A DNA stretch of 64,000 nt, from assembly GCF_036321535.1 (NCBI RefSeq), contig NC_087447.1, positions 42,906,001-42,970,000 of the forward strand, read 5' to 3'. Position 1 is the first letter of the stretch, and the number at the start of each line of letters is the position of its first letter. The notes under the pieces are model-generated. The model was not told the DNA's origin. It made no database searches and worked only from the letters and a program-made list of their open reading frames with translations. This document shows positions 50,501-64,000 of this stretch, one piece after another. This stretch comes from Camelus dromedarius. Its lineage: Eukaryota. Position numbers and translations under genes: made by a program.

Positions 50501-51844
50501 TTCCTATGTCTCAGAATCAGGCATTAGTTTTTAAATGTTCTAGTGATAATATTCAACTTCTGATGATGTTCATCCGGGTATTTGGAGATAAAATGGGAAG
50601 CAGTAGAGTTTGTTTTCACTTTGGTAGTTTTGGAAGTTTCGCTTGGGCAAGAGCTGCTGGAATCTGCTGGGCTGCGGTAGCTTAGATGCAGCATCTTACA
50701 CTTCAGCATCCCTGTGTACGAATTGGCAGGTATCATGATTCTCATTTTACAGCTCAGAAAATTGAGGTGCAAAGGTTAAATAGTTTGCTCGGGAATGCTG
50801 AATGTTCAATAGCACAGTAGGTGTTGGATCTGAGTATTATTCCACCCATGGGATCATACTTCTCAGAGTCTCTCTGATTGACTAGTTTCAGGTAATGCTC
50901 CAGCAGTCTGTTCTTTGTTCTCAGTCATTTTTTGTTAGTTGAGGAGTGGGACTGGATCATAGTGATTTGTATAAAAATAGTTGATTATTTATTTAAAGTT
51001 ATCCTGCGTGGTACTTTCTGCTTTGATTGCTCCTTATAAATTTGTCAAAATGGTTAGGTAGAATTCTTTTTTCTAAAAAAGGAGATTCTAGGCTTATTTA
51101 ATTTCTGTTTTCCTATATATATTATATATTTTCTTATATACTATATATATATATATATAGTATACTTTAAAAAGAATGTAGAGTAATAGCTTTTACATCC
51201 TGAAATTTGGGAAACATTTTCACTTTGAAATTAAATTAGCCTCTTTAGTTTCTAGTTTTAAAAATGTATCCCCTCCTCCAAAGGTATTATCAGCATTGTT
51301 TAATTACAAGCTACATAAGGTAAACTTGCAATTCTTTTTGCCTTTATTTACTTAGTACATTTGACTTGATTCCTTTTAACAGTAAAAGTTTATTTCCTGA
51401 GTCCTGGTTTGAAAATGATGAAAGTTAAAGTACATTTATAGTTAGGTCACAGTGTGAAATTACAGATGCCTCTTACATGAAAAATGCATATTTTCTAATT
51501 TTTTGGTCTATAAGCCTCAAAGTCTATTTTACTCTTTTTGATGAGGACTAGTTCTTAAGTTAAACCAATGGATTAGTGCATGAAATTTGTTGAAAGCTAT
51601 TTCTTTGCAATATTCTGATGCTTCCTAAATATGTATTTGACATTCACCTTATAGTTATTTAAAAAAGCATTTTGGGGGAGATAATTGTCATATGCCCTTT
51701 TAAGAAATTAATAGAGAGATTCTATTGGACTCTTCATCCAGTCTCCCACAATGGTAACATCTTGTATAATAGTATCACAACTGGAAAATGGACATGAATA
51801 CAATCTGGGTACCTTAGTCAGATTTCACCAGTTTTACATGCATA

Positions 51845-51877
51845 TGTGTGTGTGTGTGTGTGTATGTGTGTGTGTGT
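51845..51877. repeat. (TG)n microsatellite
   Basis: tgtgtgtgtgtgtgtgtgtatgtgtgtgtgt. Confidence 0.9.
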
Positions 51878-53299
51878 TTAGAATCCCTTGTGCCACAACT
51901 GCCTCCCTCTCTCCTCACCTAAGTCTCTATCTATATAATGTTGTCACTTCAAGGCTGTTATATATATGTCCCTTATTATTTTTTTCCTTCATAGGCATAG
52001 TATCTGAAAATGAGATCAATTACAAGAAAAAGGGCAAAGGATTCTTAATATTTGCTTCTACATTGTTAGATGTTTTAAGGTTCTTTCTGATAGAAAGGTA
52101 GTTATCACCTTAATGTTTACTAGGTAAATTGTTTTTCCTGAACATAAATTATAGCTTTCATATACTAAAATGCTGAGTTGCTAAATCTGTGTAGCTGACA
52201 CATTAAAAATGCTTGTAATTCAGCTTTCCTCTTAAATACCATCTTTTCAGAGAGACTATTTTGATTATTCAAACTAAAGTAGCCCTTAAGTTACTCTTGA
52301 TCTCATTGCCCTCTTATTTTCGTCATAGCACATAGGCATTTTATTGTGTGTTTGTTTATCTGTCTCTCCCTGTTTACCCTCTTAAAATATAACCTCCGTA
52401 AGAGTAGGGACATTATTTGTGTTTTCCCCTTTATATCTCCGGTGCCCAGAATGGTACCGATAACATGAAATGCTGTTACTGAATGAAATGCATTTCATAA
52501 GTCTGAAAACATTTCTTCTAAGCCCGGGTTTTGTTTTGTTTTTTACTTTGATGATAAATTTTAATTTTTTTATGGTGCCCTGACTATGCCTGAGTTTTGG
52601 TGTAGAGTGATGAAATGTTTGCACCATCGTATTATAATTTAGTCTACCAGTGATTTGTTTGAAACATAAAATCCTAGGGAGATAAAACAGTTCTTTCTAT
52701 CCTATTCATGGTTATTTCAAGTCATCCAGTAGTCTTTTGTGAATTGATAGAATTCTGGAACATCTCACACTTGCTTCATTTTTATAGCATTACTGTTAAG
52801 AGTTTGGTCTGGCAGCAGATTTTCTGGGATTGAAGTCTGTATCATTTATTACCTGTGTGGCTTTGTGCAAGTTACCTAACCTCTCTTATCTTGGCTTAAT
52901 TATCTGTAAAATGCGGATAACATTAAAGCTAATTTTATAGAATTATTATAAGAATTAAGTGAGGATGTGTCCCGAAAGTATTTAGACCAGTTCCTGCCAC
53001 ATAAAAGATGTTTCATAAATGTTAGCTATTATTATTCAGTATGAGAAAGTTAATATCTGTTTTATTCACATATCAAGCAGTTGAAATAACACTAATTTGT
53101 GGCATACATTTAATCAGATAGATAGTCATGTATTTTAAGAGTTTTATCTATAATTGGAAAACGGATTTTAGATTTATTTATTTCCACTTATTACATTAGA
53201 TGGTTTCATGAACATCAAATAATTTGGAAAGTGCTAAAAAAAGAAAAAAGAAAAAAGAGCCAGGAGCACACTTTCTTGATTGTTGGTTGTAATTCTTGC

Positions 53300-55720
53300 T
53301 TTGAACGAGAGAGAGCACCTCAGAAAGTAGACTGTTCTTTTGTTGTTCATGCAAATTGTGATCACTGGTATGAATTTCCAAAACATTTGTTATCACCCCA
53401 GAAGAAACTCCATAACCATTGAGCAATAACTTCCCATTCTCTCCTCCCCCAAGCCCATGGTAACCTCTAATCTACTTTCTGTCTCTCTGAATTTGCCCAT
53501 TCTAGATGTTTCAGCTAAGTGGAATCATACAGTGTTTGTCCTTCTGTATCTGGTTGATTTCACATAGCCTAGTGTCTTCCAGCTTTATCTGTGTTGGGTA
53601 GCTCACACATGTGCATGTCAGCACTTAGCCAGAGACTCACACAGACCTTTCTGTAAATCTCTGGGGAGCTTTCCTTTTGTGATTTTCCTCCTTCAACTAA
53701 CCTGTACCGTTGGGCCTTTTTTTTGGGGGGGGGGTTCCCCTCCTTGTGCTGCATTCTGGAAACTGCTTCTAGGCAGTAAGCTGAAGTGTGTAGAACTCAC
53801 TGTGTTTGTTTTCCTTCTCCCAGCTAATTCAATCCTGTATTGTCTGTTGTGTGATATCTGAAAACTGTTGTCTCATATATTTTGTCCAATTCTCTATCAC
53901 TTTAAGGCAGAAGGGTAAATCTGCTACCTGTTAGTCCATCTTGACTGTAAGTAGAAATCTCCAGTGTGTGTTTATGTGTGTGTATGTGTGTGTATTTTTA
54001 ACAGCTTTGTTGAGATATAATTGACATACAATAAACTATACCTGCTTAAAGTGAACAATTTGATTATTTTGATTATGTGTACACCTATGAAACCATCACC
54101 ACAATCAAGATAATAAACATATCCATCACCCTCAAAAGCGCCCTCATTCCCTTTTTAATACCTCTCTCCTGTCTCTCTGTGCCAACTCCCCATTCCCAGG
54201 CTACCCTTGATCTTTTTTTTTTTTTTTGCATTGTAGGTTAATTTACATTTTCTAGAACTTTTTGTAATTGGAATCATACAATCTTTTTTTTTTTTTTGGT
54301 CTGCCTTCTGTTGCTCAGTTAATTTACTTTGATATTCATCCATGTTGTTGTGTGTTTCAGTAATTCATTCCTTCTATTGTTGGACAGTGTTCTATTGTAT
54401 GGATATACCACAATCTATTTATCCATTCATTTGTTGGTGGACATTTGGGTGTTTGCAGTTTTTGGCTATCACAAATAAAGCTGCTGTGAACATAACTGTA
54501 TAAGGCTTTTTGTGGACATATGTTTTTATTTTTCTTTGGCATATACCTAGAATATACCAAATTGGAATTTCTTGTCCATAAGATAGATGTAGGTTTCACT
54601 TTATAAGAAACTGTCAAACTGTTTCTTAAAGTGATTGTACCATTTAATATTCTCAGCAGCAACATGAGAAGGTTCTTGTTGTTCCACATCCTCTCCAATA
54701 TTTGATTTTTTTAGTCTTTTTAATTTTAACTTTTCTGAAGGGTGTGTAGGAATATCTCGTTGTGGTTTTAACTTGCATCTATCTAACAACAAATGATTTT
54801 GTGAATTGTTTCATATGCTTATTGGCCATTTGTATGTCCTTTGTAAGGTATTTGTTCTTTTGCCTACTTTTGTGATGGAATGTTTATGTTTTTATTATTG
54901 AGTTGTAGGAGTGCTTTATCATTCTAGATACAAGTCCTTTGTTAAATACATGTATTATAAATATTTTCTCCCAGTCTGTGGCTTGCCTTTTCATTTTCTT
55001 ATTGGTGTTCTTTGAGGAGCGGAAGTTTTTAATTTTGACGAAGTCTAATTTATCAATTTTTCTTGTATGACTAATGCTTTCTATTTCTTTCTAAGAAATC
55101 TTTAACTTATCTGAATGTCATTAAAATATTCTATATTTTCTTCTAAAAGCCTTTGGTTTTAACTCATTTGTGCATATCACCCATTTCAAGTTAATGTTTG
55201 TATGTTATGGAAGATGGAAATTGAAGTTACTTTTTTTTTTTGTTTTTCTTTTTTTTTTAATTTTTTCTTCTTTTTTTTAAATATTTTTTTATTGATTTAT
55301 AATCATTTTACAATGTTGTGTCAAATTCCAGTGTTCAGCACAATTTTTCAGTCATTCATGGACATATACACACTCATTGTCACATTTTGAAGTTACATTT
55401 TTTTATCCTGAATGTATAGATAGTTGTTTCAGCACTTTTGCTGAAACGACTTTACTTACTCATTGAGTTACTTTGTTACTCCTGTTGAAAATTCATTGAC
55501 CTCTGTCCTGTTCCATTGATCTGTCCATCCTTACCCCAGTACCCCAGTGTCTTGATTTCTGAGTCTTGAAACCAGGTAATGTGAGTCCTCTAGCTTTTTT
55601 CTTTTTCAGTATTATTTCGACTTTTCTGGGACCTTTATCTTTACAAATAGATTCTGGAATCAGTTTGCCAGTTTCTATAAAATGTACAGCAAGATTGAGA
55701 ATCACAGAGCAGACCTTGGT
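53300..55720 (-). mobile_element. Composite of old L1M fragments (ORF2 C-terminus and 3'UTR) with a nested young L1 tail at ~55231-55388
   Basis: Minus ORFs resemble L1 ORF2 (PKCPPTNEWINRLWYIHTIE; KLI..I.K.KGPR....ILKKKKARGLTLPGFKT). Confidence 0.8.
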
Positions 55721-58700
55721 AAATCCATGCCTTGTGGTGTTTCTTCGCAGTCATCCTGTAGGCCTTCTCTAGAAGGTATTCCTTAGGAGAGCTGGGTTTT
55801 ATTATTCTATTTGAACTTTCATATCTTTTAATTTCTAAAAAGGAAATATACTAATAAATACTTTTCTTTAGGTCTGTGACTGGGTACATGGTTACCTTGT
55901 CTATTTTGACATCTTTGGTAGAACTGAATTGTTACTGTTTCAACCCTAAGAAATATAAATGTGGATTTTTGTACAAGAAAAAAGAAAGAACACAGCAAGG
56001 ATATCATTGATTAAGTTTGTCTACAGAAGATGTTTAAGAAGATGAGCTTTCTCTTCTGTAGTATCAGAATTGATATTCCTTCTGTTACGTTATATATTCT
56101 AGACAGTTATTAGGGACATATTCAGGGACACAATTTTTATGGCACTGTGCTTAGTGAAATATCAAATACTGTAGAAGAGTAGCTTTATTGCTTTTATATT
56201 TACAAATAAACTTGAATTTTCCAAAAACTTCCAATAGCCTGTTTTTTGCTGTTATCTTCAAATACTATATACTTTAATAGTGTTACATTTCTTTGTGACT
56301 TTAAATTACAGAAAGAATTATATTACAGTATTTATGATGTTTTCTAGAATTTACCTAACCATATTGCAGTATTCATTTTTGTAATTATTTCTGAGTTGTG
56401 GTTTTACATATATGAAACATTATCCGCAATTTATGGTTTCAATTACATAAATTGGTCCTTTTTACTCTCTTGTAGTAAATACATGGAAATGTAATGAATA
56501 AGATCTTAGAGGAACTTTTATGTCATTTTAATGGGTTCGTGTTTGTACTGAATAACTGAATTGCAACTTTTAATTTCAATTTGGAGTGTTCACAGAATAA
56601 AAAACTTGAATTAACTGAAATAAATTAGGATACCTCAGGACAGTGATAGAAATAACTGAGAACTATATTCACTTTATTAGAACAATCATATTGTTTTATG
56701 AGAAAAACAAGCCATTTTGCTCTGGATGACCATTATTTGTGGTAAAGAAGTACCTGGGAATTATAGATCATTTTTCAATTTTATGGGCACTTCTTTCAGC
56801 TGAAAATAATTACTGATTTGGGCTTTCCTTGGAAAAAGAGGTGGAAATTATATTATTAACTTTGTAGGAAGGCATCTTTTAGTTGTTTAATTAGATAGAT
56901 GCAATAGAATGTTGTTTTAAAAAGTTAGAATTCTGCGGTTTCAGCCCAATCAATGAATATCTTGATTGTAGAAAAGTGCTACGTGTGTGATTCAGGGACT
57001 CTGAGCCTGCTGATGACTGAGCATGGAGCAAGGTGCTAGTTGTACACACTGTAGACATTACATATAAAAGAGCCCAAAGTCTGAAAGATCCGGGGGCTGG
57101 AGCTGTAAGTGTCTTAGTTTAAAATAGTGTGTGGTGTTCTTCATCATGCTTGTGTGGGGACAAGAAGTCTTCCCAGTATTTCCCACAAAATGTTATCCAC
57201 GTATGGTTCACTTGCATCTGAAGTCCCCCTGTGTTCTGTTACATGCAGGCGTAGCTCACATACGTCTGGAAGTGGGAGGACAAACTGAGTTGATGCTATA
57301 CTGCTGTGTTATAGCCTAATCCCTAAAAAAATGTGTTCCTACCAGGACTCTTTTGCTTTTCTTCATATCCTCTGAAATTATGACTTGCCTCCAGCTATAA
57401 TCTCTTCTAGCTACAGATAATAATAACCAATAATCTTACATCACTTATCTGTGTAACACACAATGTTCTAGAGACTTTTCATACACTGACTCATTTAATC
57501 TTCATGTCAACCCTGTGAGGTAGGTAGTTTTTCTCCATTTACAGGTGGGGAAACTGAGACAAACAGCTGGAAAGTGACAGAGATGAGCTATGAACCAGAG
57601 TCTCTGCTCTTAACCCTCTTCTATTCTGCCTAGATTGGATTGATTAAGAAATCCCAAGCAAATTTTATTCAGTGTTTTAAACTCTGTTTTAACAATATAG
57701 TAAGTTAGACAACTCTCTCTATTAGGAACCTTGCCAAGAAACTTGTTTAGTAATTTCTCTAATTTCCACTAGAGGTCAGTCTATCACCTGGCAATATAAA
57801 TATTATCTTTCTGCTCTTGGAAGTGCAAAATTTCAAGTGTACTGAATTAAAGAAGTATGCTGTGAAAGAGATTTGAGTAGTAGAGTAATTTTTGAATTGT
57901 AAGTGTAATCAAAGAGTCATTTGATAGTAGTAAAAGCTTATATGACTATTATAGGACCCAATATTGGCTCAATAGATTGTATTTGCAGAATTTAGTCAAG
58001 ATGTCCTGTGAGCAGATATTTGGCACAGAAAGGCTAATGACCTTGACCTTTCTTTATTGCCTCTAAACTAACTACTCATTAAATATTAAACCAACTTTGG
58101 GTTACTAGTACTCCAGATTCCTTTTCTTGATTCATTTAACTCAGTCCAGGGCTTAGAATATACCCTGAGAGTAATGAAATAGTGAAGTTATTTAGTGTTC
58201 ATTAAAGATACTCTGGTTATTTTAAGGCGATTATACGTCTAAGAAATTTTTTTAAAAAGTAGCCTAGAGACTTTTATTTCTTAGCTTTCTAGTTTTGAAA
58301 ATAACAAGGTATTGAGTTAAGATGCAGAAACCAAGAGTCTTCATTTAGAAGCAACATTTTGAGGCAACTTCTGTGGTTGTAAATGGGGAGAGTCATATTT
58401 TGGAGGGATCAAATACCATTATTCTGGGAGTTTAGCATGGTCCTGAGTACAGAGTGATTTATCAGTTGACCAATGATGTTAGTTATGTGTAAGTTAATGG
58501 TTCTGGCTACTGTAGGTTAAATAAAGCCCTTTAGGCAGGCTTCAAACTAATGGAAACAATCTGACTTGACTCCAGATTTGTCACACTGGAGATGAAAGGC
58601 AACACGCAGAAGAGGAGGCCATGGCAGGAAGTTACACAGGAGGGGCGGGTCAGCAGAGTTTTTAGGTCTGGTTAGATAATAAGTTTCATCCAGGGGTTGT

Positions 58701-61700
58701 TGGGAGAACAAGGGACAAGAGTGTCCCATAGATAGAGACAGACAGGCAGAAGCAAGACAGGATATTGGGGTTCCAGGTAGACAAGTGGCATCTAAGACCA
58801 GAGAATTCTTCAAAGGCAGTAGTGAAGAACAAAAGAATATGAAGATGAGAGTTTATGATTTCTAATTCTAAGTACCTTCCCCTTATTACGTACTTATTGT
58901 GTGTCAGATACTGTGCTAAGAGACTATGTTATCTCATGTTCACTTTATAATAATCTTATTATATAAACAAGATGGCTGAGGCTCAGAGAGTTTCAGTGAC
59001 TTGCTCCTGGAATCATATAGCTTGTAAATAGTAGAACTGAGATTTGAACTCAGGGCTTTGTGACTCCAGTTATGAAAGTCTGCTTCCTGATGCAGAAGGT
59101 ATTTCTTTTCTGCCCCAGTTTTATGCTGCCTGCAGTGTAGAGATGGTCATAGGCTTACAGTCAATGGGAAATTAACCCCACAGGTAAACCCCAATTATAA
59201 TAAAAGTAGAGGGTTATAACTTCCAGGGAGATGGGGGTGGGGATATTTTTGTTAAAAATGTGAAGTTTTTTGACCTTTGCCTATAAACCACAGTAAAGAC
59301 CTATTTCTTCATGTGGCAGTGATTAGGTGGTGGGGAAGCTATCCCTTGTACTTCTCTCTACTTTGTTGTTTTTTTTTCCCTCTCCTAAAATCCACTAATT
59401 ATCTTACTAGGTGTTCTCTCTGTTGCCTTGGTTTTTCATAACTGACACTATTGGAGGTGCCCTCTCAAGGACTTTCTACAGTCTTAATAGGAAGAGTAGT
59501 GGGCCAACCTGAAAGAAGTTTAGGGATCACTAATTTGGTCTGTCAGTATACTTTTGTCACTTTATTTTTACACCTGCAGGCAGCAGTGCTTCTGAGACCT
59601 TTTAGTCCTTTAAAGATAGCTTTGATCCTAGATCTCTTTCTGCTTGGGATATGTTTTTGAAGGGATGAGGACAGAATGTCAGCTTTCTTCTCCCAAAGGC
59701 ACCCGTTGCTGAATTTCCCCTATAATCTAGGGCTTTCATCATTTCCTCCATGTTGATGGTGGCACTGGACCTGGGGAATAGCATTTATCTTTTGTTTTTT
59801 GACCTAAGTGACTGGTAAATGGTGAAAGGGCCATCGGCTAAGAATGCTTTTAATAAGGCCCTCTTTTCTTGTGGTCTAGCCAGGGTCTGTCTGTGGTCAA
59901 CTGCAAAAGTATTTCCCAAGTTCTCTCACTTTTTCCCTCTGAAGTTGCTTGAAGGTGATACTGAGGAAGAGAACATCCAGATTCTGTACAAGGGCAAGCA
60001 AATGGAAAGCTCTTTTCTTTATATAGCTTTTAATCTCTTGGGTAAAACTTTGATTTATTTTGACAAAATAATATGGAATTCTTAACCTAGTAGTATAGCG
60101 TAGCACTGGATCCACAAGTGCCAGAATTCTCTTCTAAGCCTTTAGCAGAATTCTGTAAAGCCAGAGTACCCACTTTCCTCCAAGAGGCTTTTGGGATTGA
60201 ATTCACTCATGCCTCGCATCCCGTGAATGCCCAAAAACAGCCCTGCCTTCCACTTGCTGTATCATAGAGAAGGAAGACATTTGGTGGGAGTTCCCTGAAG
60301 CCAAATCTGTAAACCTGCTTGCACCGGCACCCACCTACTTCCTCAGACAGCTTCTCAGCTGGCTTTCCTACTCATTCTCACTCTTGTTCTCTTACGTCCT
60401 CCAACTAAAGTTACATTTTACAGATACAAATCTGATCATGTCACTCTTAAAACTTAATGATTACTTTGCAGTGCTCTTAGGATAAAGCTTCAAATATTTA
60501 ACACAGATTACAAAGCTCTCTTCACAGTCCAGTCATGCTGACTCTTTTTAATTTCTTCAAATCTGCTAGGTTCCTTCCTAGGTCTTCCTTTTGGAATGCA
60601 TTCTTTGCAATAAGATAACTGCTTGTTTTCCTTCTGATCTCTGCTCAAGTGTCACTCTTTCAGAGAAATCCCAATGTAGTCATATCTCTTTTAATTATCA
60701 AGTTGATGGCATTATTTTCTATATGGTTTTTTTTTTTTTGCCAGGAAGGTCAGTGTCAGTGTCTCCTTTTTGAGGACTCTCCCTTCACTTTGTATGTTGT
60801 CTAAGAACCTAGATGCTCATGCCCCAGGTAGGGAGTGAACTAGAAATCTGCTAAGTACAATATAGCTGTTGCTGAAAAAGAGTGTTGATGTTGAAGACTG
60901 GTCGGGGCAAACTGTCATTAATATCATTGCAGAATGTATCATTTGTTTATATTCATATACTCACTCATTGTTATTCAGGCATAATCTTCTATTATGGTGG
61001 TTATAGGCTGGGCTAGAGTCCCCTTTCCTCCATAAACCCTTGGGCTGGCCTGAACTTGGGTCACCAACTCAGACAGCTCCCACCTAGCAAGTACTCTTTT
61101 GGTGATATTTGCATCCTTTCTTGCCAGAAGGCTCTGGTCAGTGCCATGTCAGGTTTACCCCAATGGTTTCCCTAACCTTGAATCCCAAGGAATACTCCCA
61201 GAAGGCTTGTGGGCTTTGCATATAAGAAAAAAAGGTAGTTATTTTAAGTTGGACACCCAAGAAAGGTCCTGTTATACCCGGATATAGAGTACTTCCTCAT
61301 CTTGCAGTCTGTCACTAAGAGAGGCAACTTACATGACTTCACAAAATAAATAAAATAAGCTTCAAGGAGACTTTTGACTCTCCCCATACTGAGAAGCAAC
61401 TCAGAGAGTGTTAAATAATTTAATCCAAATCTCTTGGGCACTTTACTTAATCTCTGCTTTAACAACCACCTTTTTACTCACTTATTGAGATATTATCCTT
61501 GTGATTATTTGTTTAAATGTCTGTCTTCCTCATTGCAATATAAGTTCCAAGAGGGTCAAAACTGTTTCCGCTTTCTTCATTGATATATCTTCAGTGCCTC
61601 TTAAAGTGCCTTACACATAGTTAACATTCCATGCATATTTGATGAATGAATGGATTATAAATTTTCCAAAGTAGAATTTTAAGTGACTATTACGTCTACA

Positions 61701-62419
61701 AATTCAGAAGATACTTAGAAAAGTAAAGGCATGTTAACTAGTTCCTGTCATGAAACTAATTTAAATTCAACAAACAAAATGAAATCCAAAGACAAAAATT
61801 TGATGTAACTGGGAAAGAGCTCAATTCCAAGCTATGGACTGGTATCTAAGAAGTATAGTGAAATATGGATCAAATCAAGGGAGGATGCTAAAACCTAGTA
61901 CACACCTCTTTAGATTGTAAACATTGTAAATTTCACTGAAAGCAAGTGGAGGGCCCTGGGTGCCCCATCCTTTGAGGTATACAAGTTGGAGCAGGCCATG
62001 TGAAAAACTGGAAGACCCCAAGGGAGCCAGTTCCATATCTTAGGATAGGGGGAGAGATAAGGCTAAGGGGATAGCATTGTTTTCTATTTGACTTCTAACC
62101 TATAGTGAAGTGAGAGATAAGGCTAAGGGGATAGCATTGTTTTCTATTTGACTTCTAACCTATAGTGAAGTGAGGGAGAAGAAATGACACTGAGCTTTGT
62201 AGAAGCTGACCAGAGTAAAACAAGCAGAAATGAATAAGCAATAAATAGCAAACCAAAGTTGACTAAGCTGCTTTTCTCTAAGCATACAGATGAAATACAT
62301 TTCAGATTAAGAATTATTTGGGGAAACAATAGCTTCAGAAAAATGCATCTATGTTCTCTTAAATAATCTGAAAGGAACATAGAATTTTTAACACTTGGAA
62401 TTAAGGAAAGCAGGGCAAT

Positions 62420-62750
62420 CACTCACTAGTGAGGATCATGGGATATGAGACTTTGGAGCTGTGGCCAGCTGTGTTTCTTACCTTGTGAAGGCAGTTGGTC
62501 TGTCTGTAAGAGCCAAGTCAACACATAGAAGAAGACATAAAAGACAGAGAAACACTCCTGGTTGAGATAAACGGGCCTGGTGGTGGTAGTGTTCAAGTCT
62601 GTAGTTCTAGTTGTTCCTGAGGATATGCTGCTCTTCATGCATTTCCTAGAGTTATATGAGATATTCTAGTGTCCTTTTAATACAATCCTTTTATCTAAGC
62701 TAGTTCAAGTTAGGCTTCTGCCATAGGCTTGCAACTAAGCATTCTATCTA
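62420..62750 (+). mobile_element. MLT1-like LTR remnant
   Basis: Ends aagctagttcaagttaggcttctg...cttgcaactaagcattct. Confidence 0.45.
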
Positions 62751-62759
62751 ATATAATGT

Positions 62760-63520
62760 AGATAATAAAGACAGGCAGAGAAGATCCAACATATGCATTA
62801 TTGGTGTACCTGATAAAGAGAGCCGAGCAAATGGACAAAAAATATTTAGATATAGAATGGAGGAAAACACCATCAGAGATCAAGGAAATTCGTCATCTGT
62901 AGATCAAAAGGATACACAGTTCCAGGTAAAACTGAGACGGGATGATTAATACCAAGTAAGCATGTAGTAGTAAAGTTAGTGTACTTCAAGGTTAAGAAAA
63001 GGATCTTATAGGCATCTAGGCAGGAAAAGCAAGTCACCAGAAGGGGGATAATCAGACTGTCCTCAGACATCATGGTGACAGTCAAAGCCAGGAGGCAGGG
63101 GAGCAGTGTCTCTAGAACTTTGGTTGAATATATATGTGGGCAGACTTGAAACCTAGTCAAGCAGTGGTTTCTGTATAAAAGTAACAAATGAAATTCTCAA
63201 ACATTCAAGATCTAGTTCCTGAAAAACTGCCTCATGAATAAAATTAGTCTAAGTGACAAATGAGAAAAAAGAACTTGGGAGTGGAGAGGCAGATATATGA
63301 AAGGATTGGCAGGGTATGTGAAATCCATTTAAATATGGAACTAAAGTCAAATCTAAATAACTGTACATATGATGAAAACAAATAAATGTAAAGGCTATAC
63401 AATTAATAATGAAAAAGGAATTAACAAATGCAAGCTGGGGAGGATAGAAGAGGTGAAAGTATGCAGAAGTGTGTAAACTCATTTTTCTTAGTGGTGAGAG
63501 AGTCAGAGAAAAAAGTAATA
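62760..63520 (+). mobile_element. Degraded L1 ORF1 / HAL1-like fragment
   Basis: agaagatccaacatatgcattattggtgtacctg (RRSNICIIGVP) and aaaaggatcttataggcatctaggcaggaaaagcaagtcacc..atcagactgtcctcagac (KRIL.ASRQEKQVT..IRLSSD) are ORF1-like. Confidence 0.7.
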
Positions 63521-63539
63521 TAGCTTAAAGTTGATGACT

Positions 63540-64000
63540 TTACTGGTCTGAACTGAAACCTTGGCACTGCCACATACCAGCTGTGTAATCTCAGATAAGT
63601 TTAAGCCTCATCTGCAGTCACAGAATCTTCACCTGTATCATGATGATAATGGCACTACCCACCTACCAAGCTAGTTGTAAGGATTAAATGCAGTAATGTA
63701 TGTGAAATGCTCAGAACAATACCTGGCCCAGAGTAATCTAAAAATTACCTATGATTATTTATTATTATTATAAGGAGAAAATATGGGCAAATAGTTTTAT
63801 AATCTCAGGACAGAGAAAGGTCTTCCTAAGTATAACTTTAAACCCAGAGACCATTGAGGAAAAGATTAATAATTTGACTTCATATAAAGTAAGGGCCTTT
63901 GCATGGCGCAATCACCATGATAAGAAACAATGAACAAATACTCAAGTGGGTTAGAATAATTGCAAAATATTTGACAAAAGAAGGATTGATGTTGTTAATA
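63540..64000 (+). mobile_element. MIR followed by an L1 ORF2 fragment
   Basis: MIR core/tail 63540-63760; then ttcctaagtataac..aaacccagagaccattgaggaaaagattaataatttgac (PETIEEKINNL). Confidence 0.6.

Noticed and set aside
57063..57070. TATAAAAG TATA-like box in the intron
   Set aside because: Expected by chance in AT-rich DNA; no other promoter evidence.
33210..64000. STK33 kinase-coding exons
   Set aside because: No kinase motifs (GxGxxG, HRD, DFG) in the ORF track; the region is repeat-dominated. Small non-coding exons cannot be excluded.

Overview
Mammalian genomic DNA, most likely camelid (inferred from tRNA-derived SINEs and L1 3' ends resembling alpaca/camel families). The first third holds the 3' half of TRIM66 (TIF1-delta) on the + strand. 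Ten coding exons at 7913-14518 have GT-AG boundaries and splice in frame. They encode a Ser/Pro-rich linker, a PxVxL HP1 box, a PHD finger, a bromodomain and the C-terminus ...RLANSISQV*. A 3'UTR of probably ~5.3 kb follows and carries an ancient L2 fragment. After a repeat-rich spacer, a CpG island at ~32620-33170 has a strong + strand donor and an RFX X-box. By recalled synteny this is the promoter and non-coding exon 1 of STK33; no STK33 coding sequence is visible. The rest looks like a long AT-rich first intron full of L1, L2, MIR, MLT and DNA-transposon relics. I found no convincing new biological system. The best second-look items are a cryptic 33-nt/11-aa repeat array in a TRIM66 exon, a ~185-nt AG-exclusion zone with a candidate distant branch point, possible intronic polyadenylation changing the TRIM66 C-terminus, the X-box with two first-exon donors, and several small duplication or template-switch scars. 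Repeat family names and boundaries are from visual recognition and are approximate.
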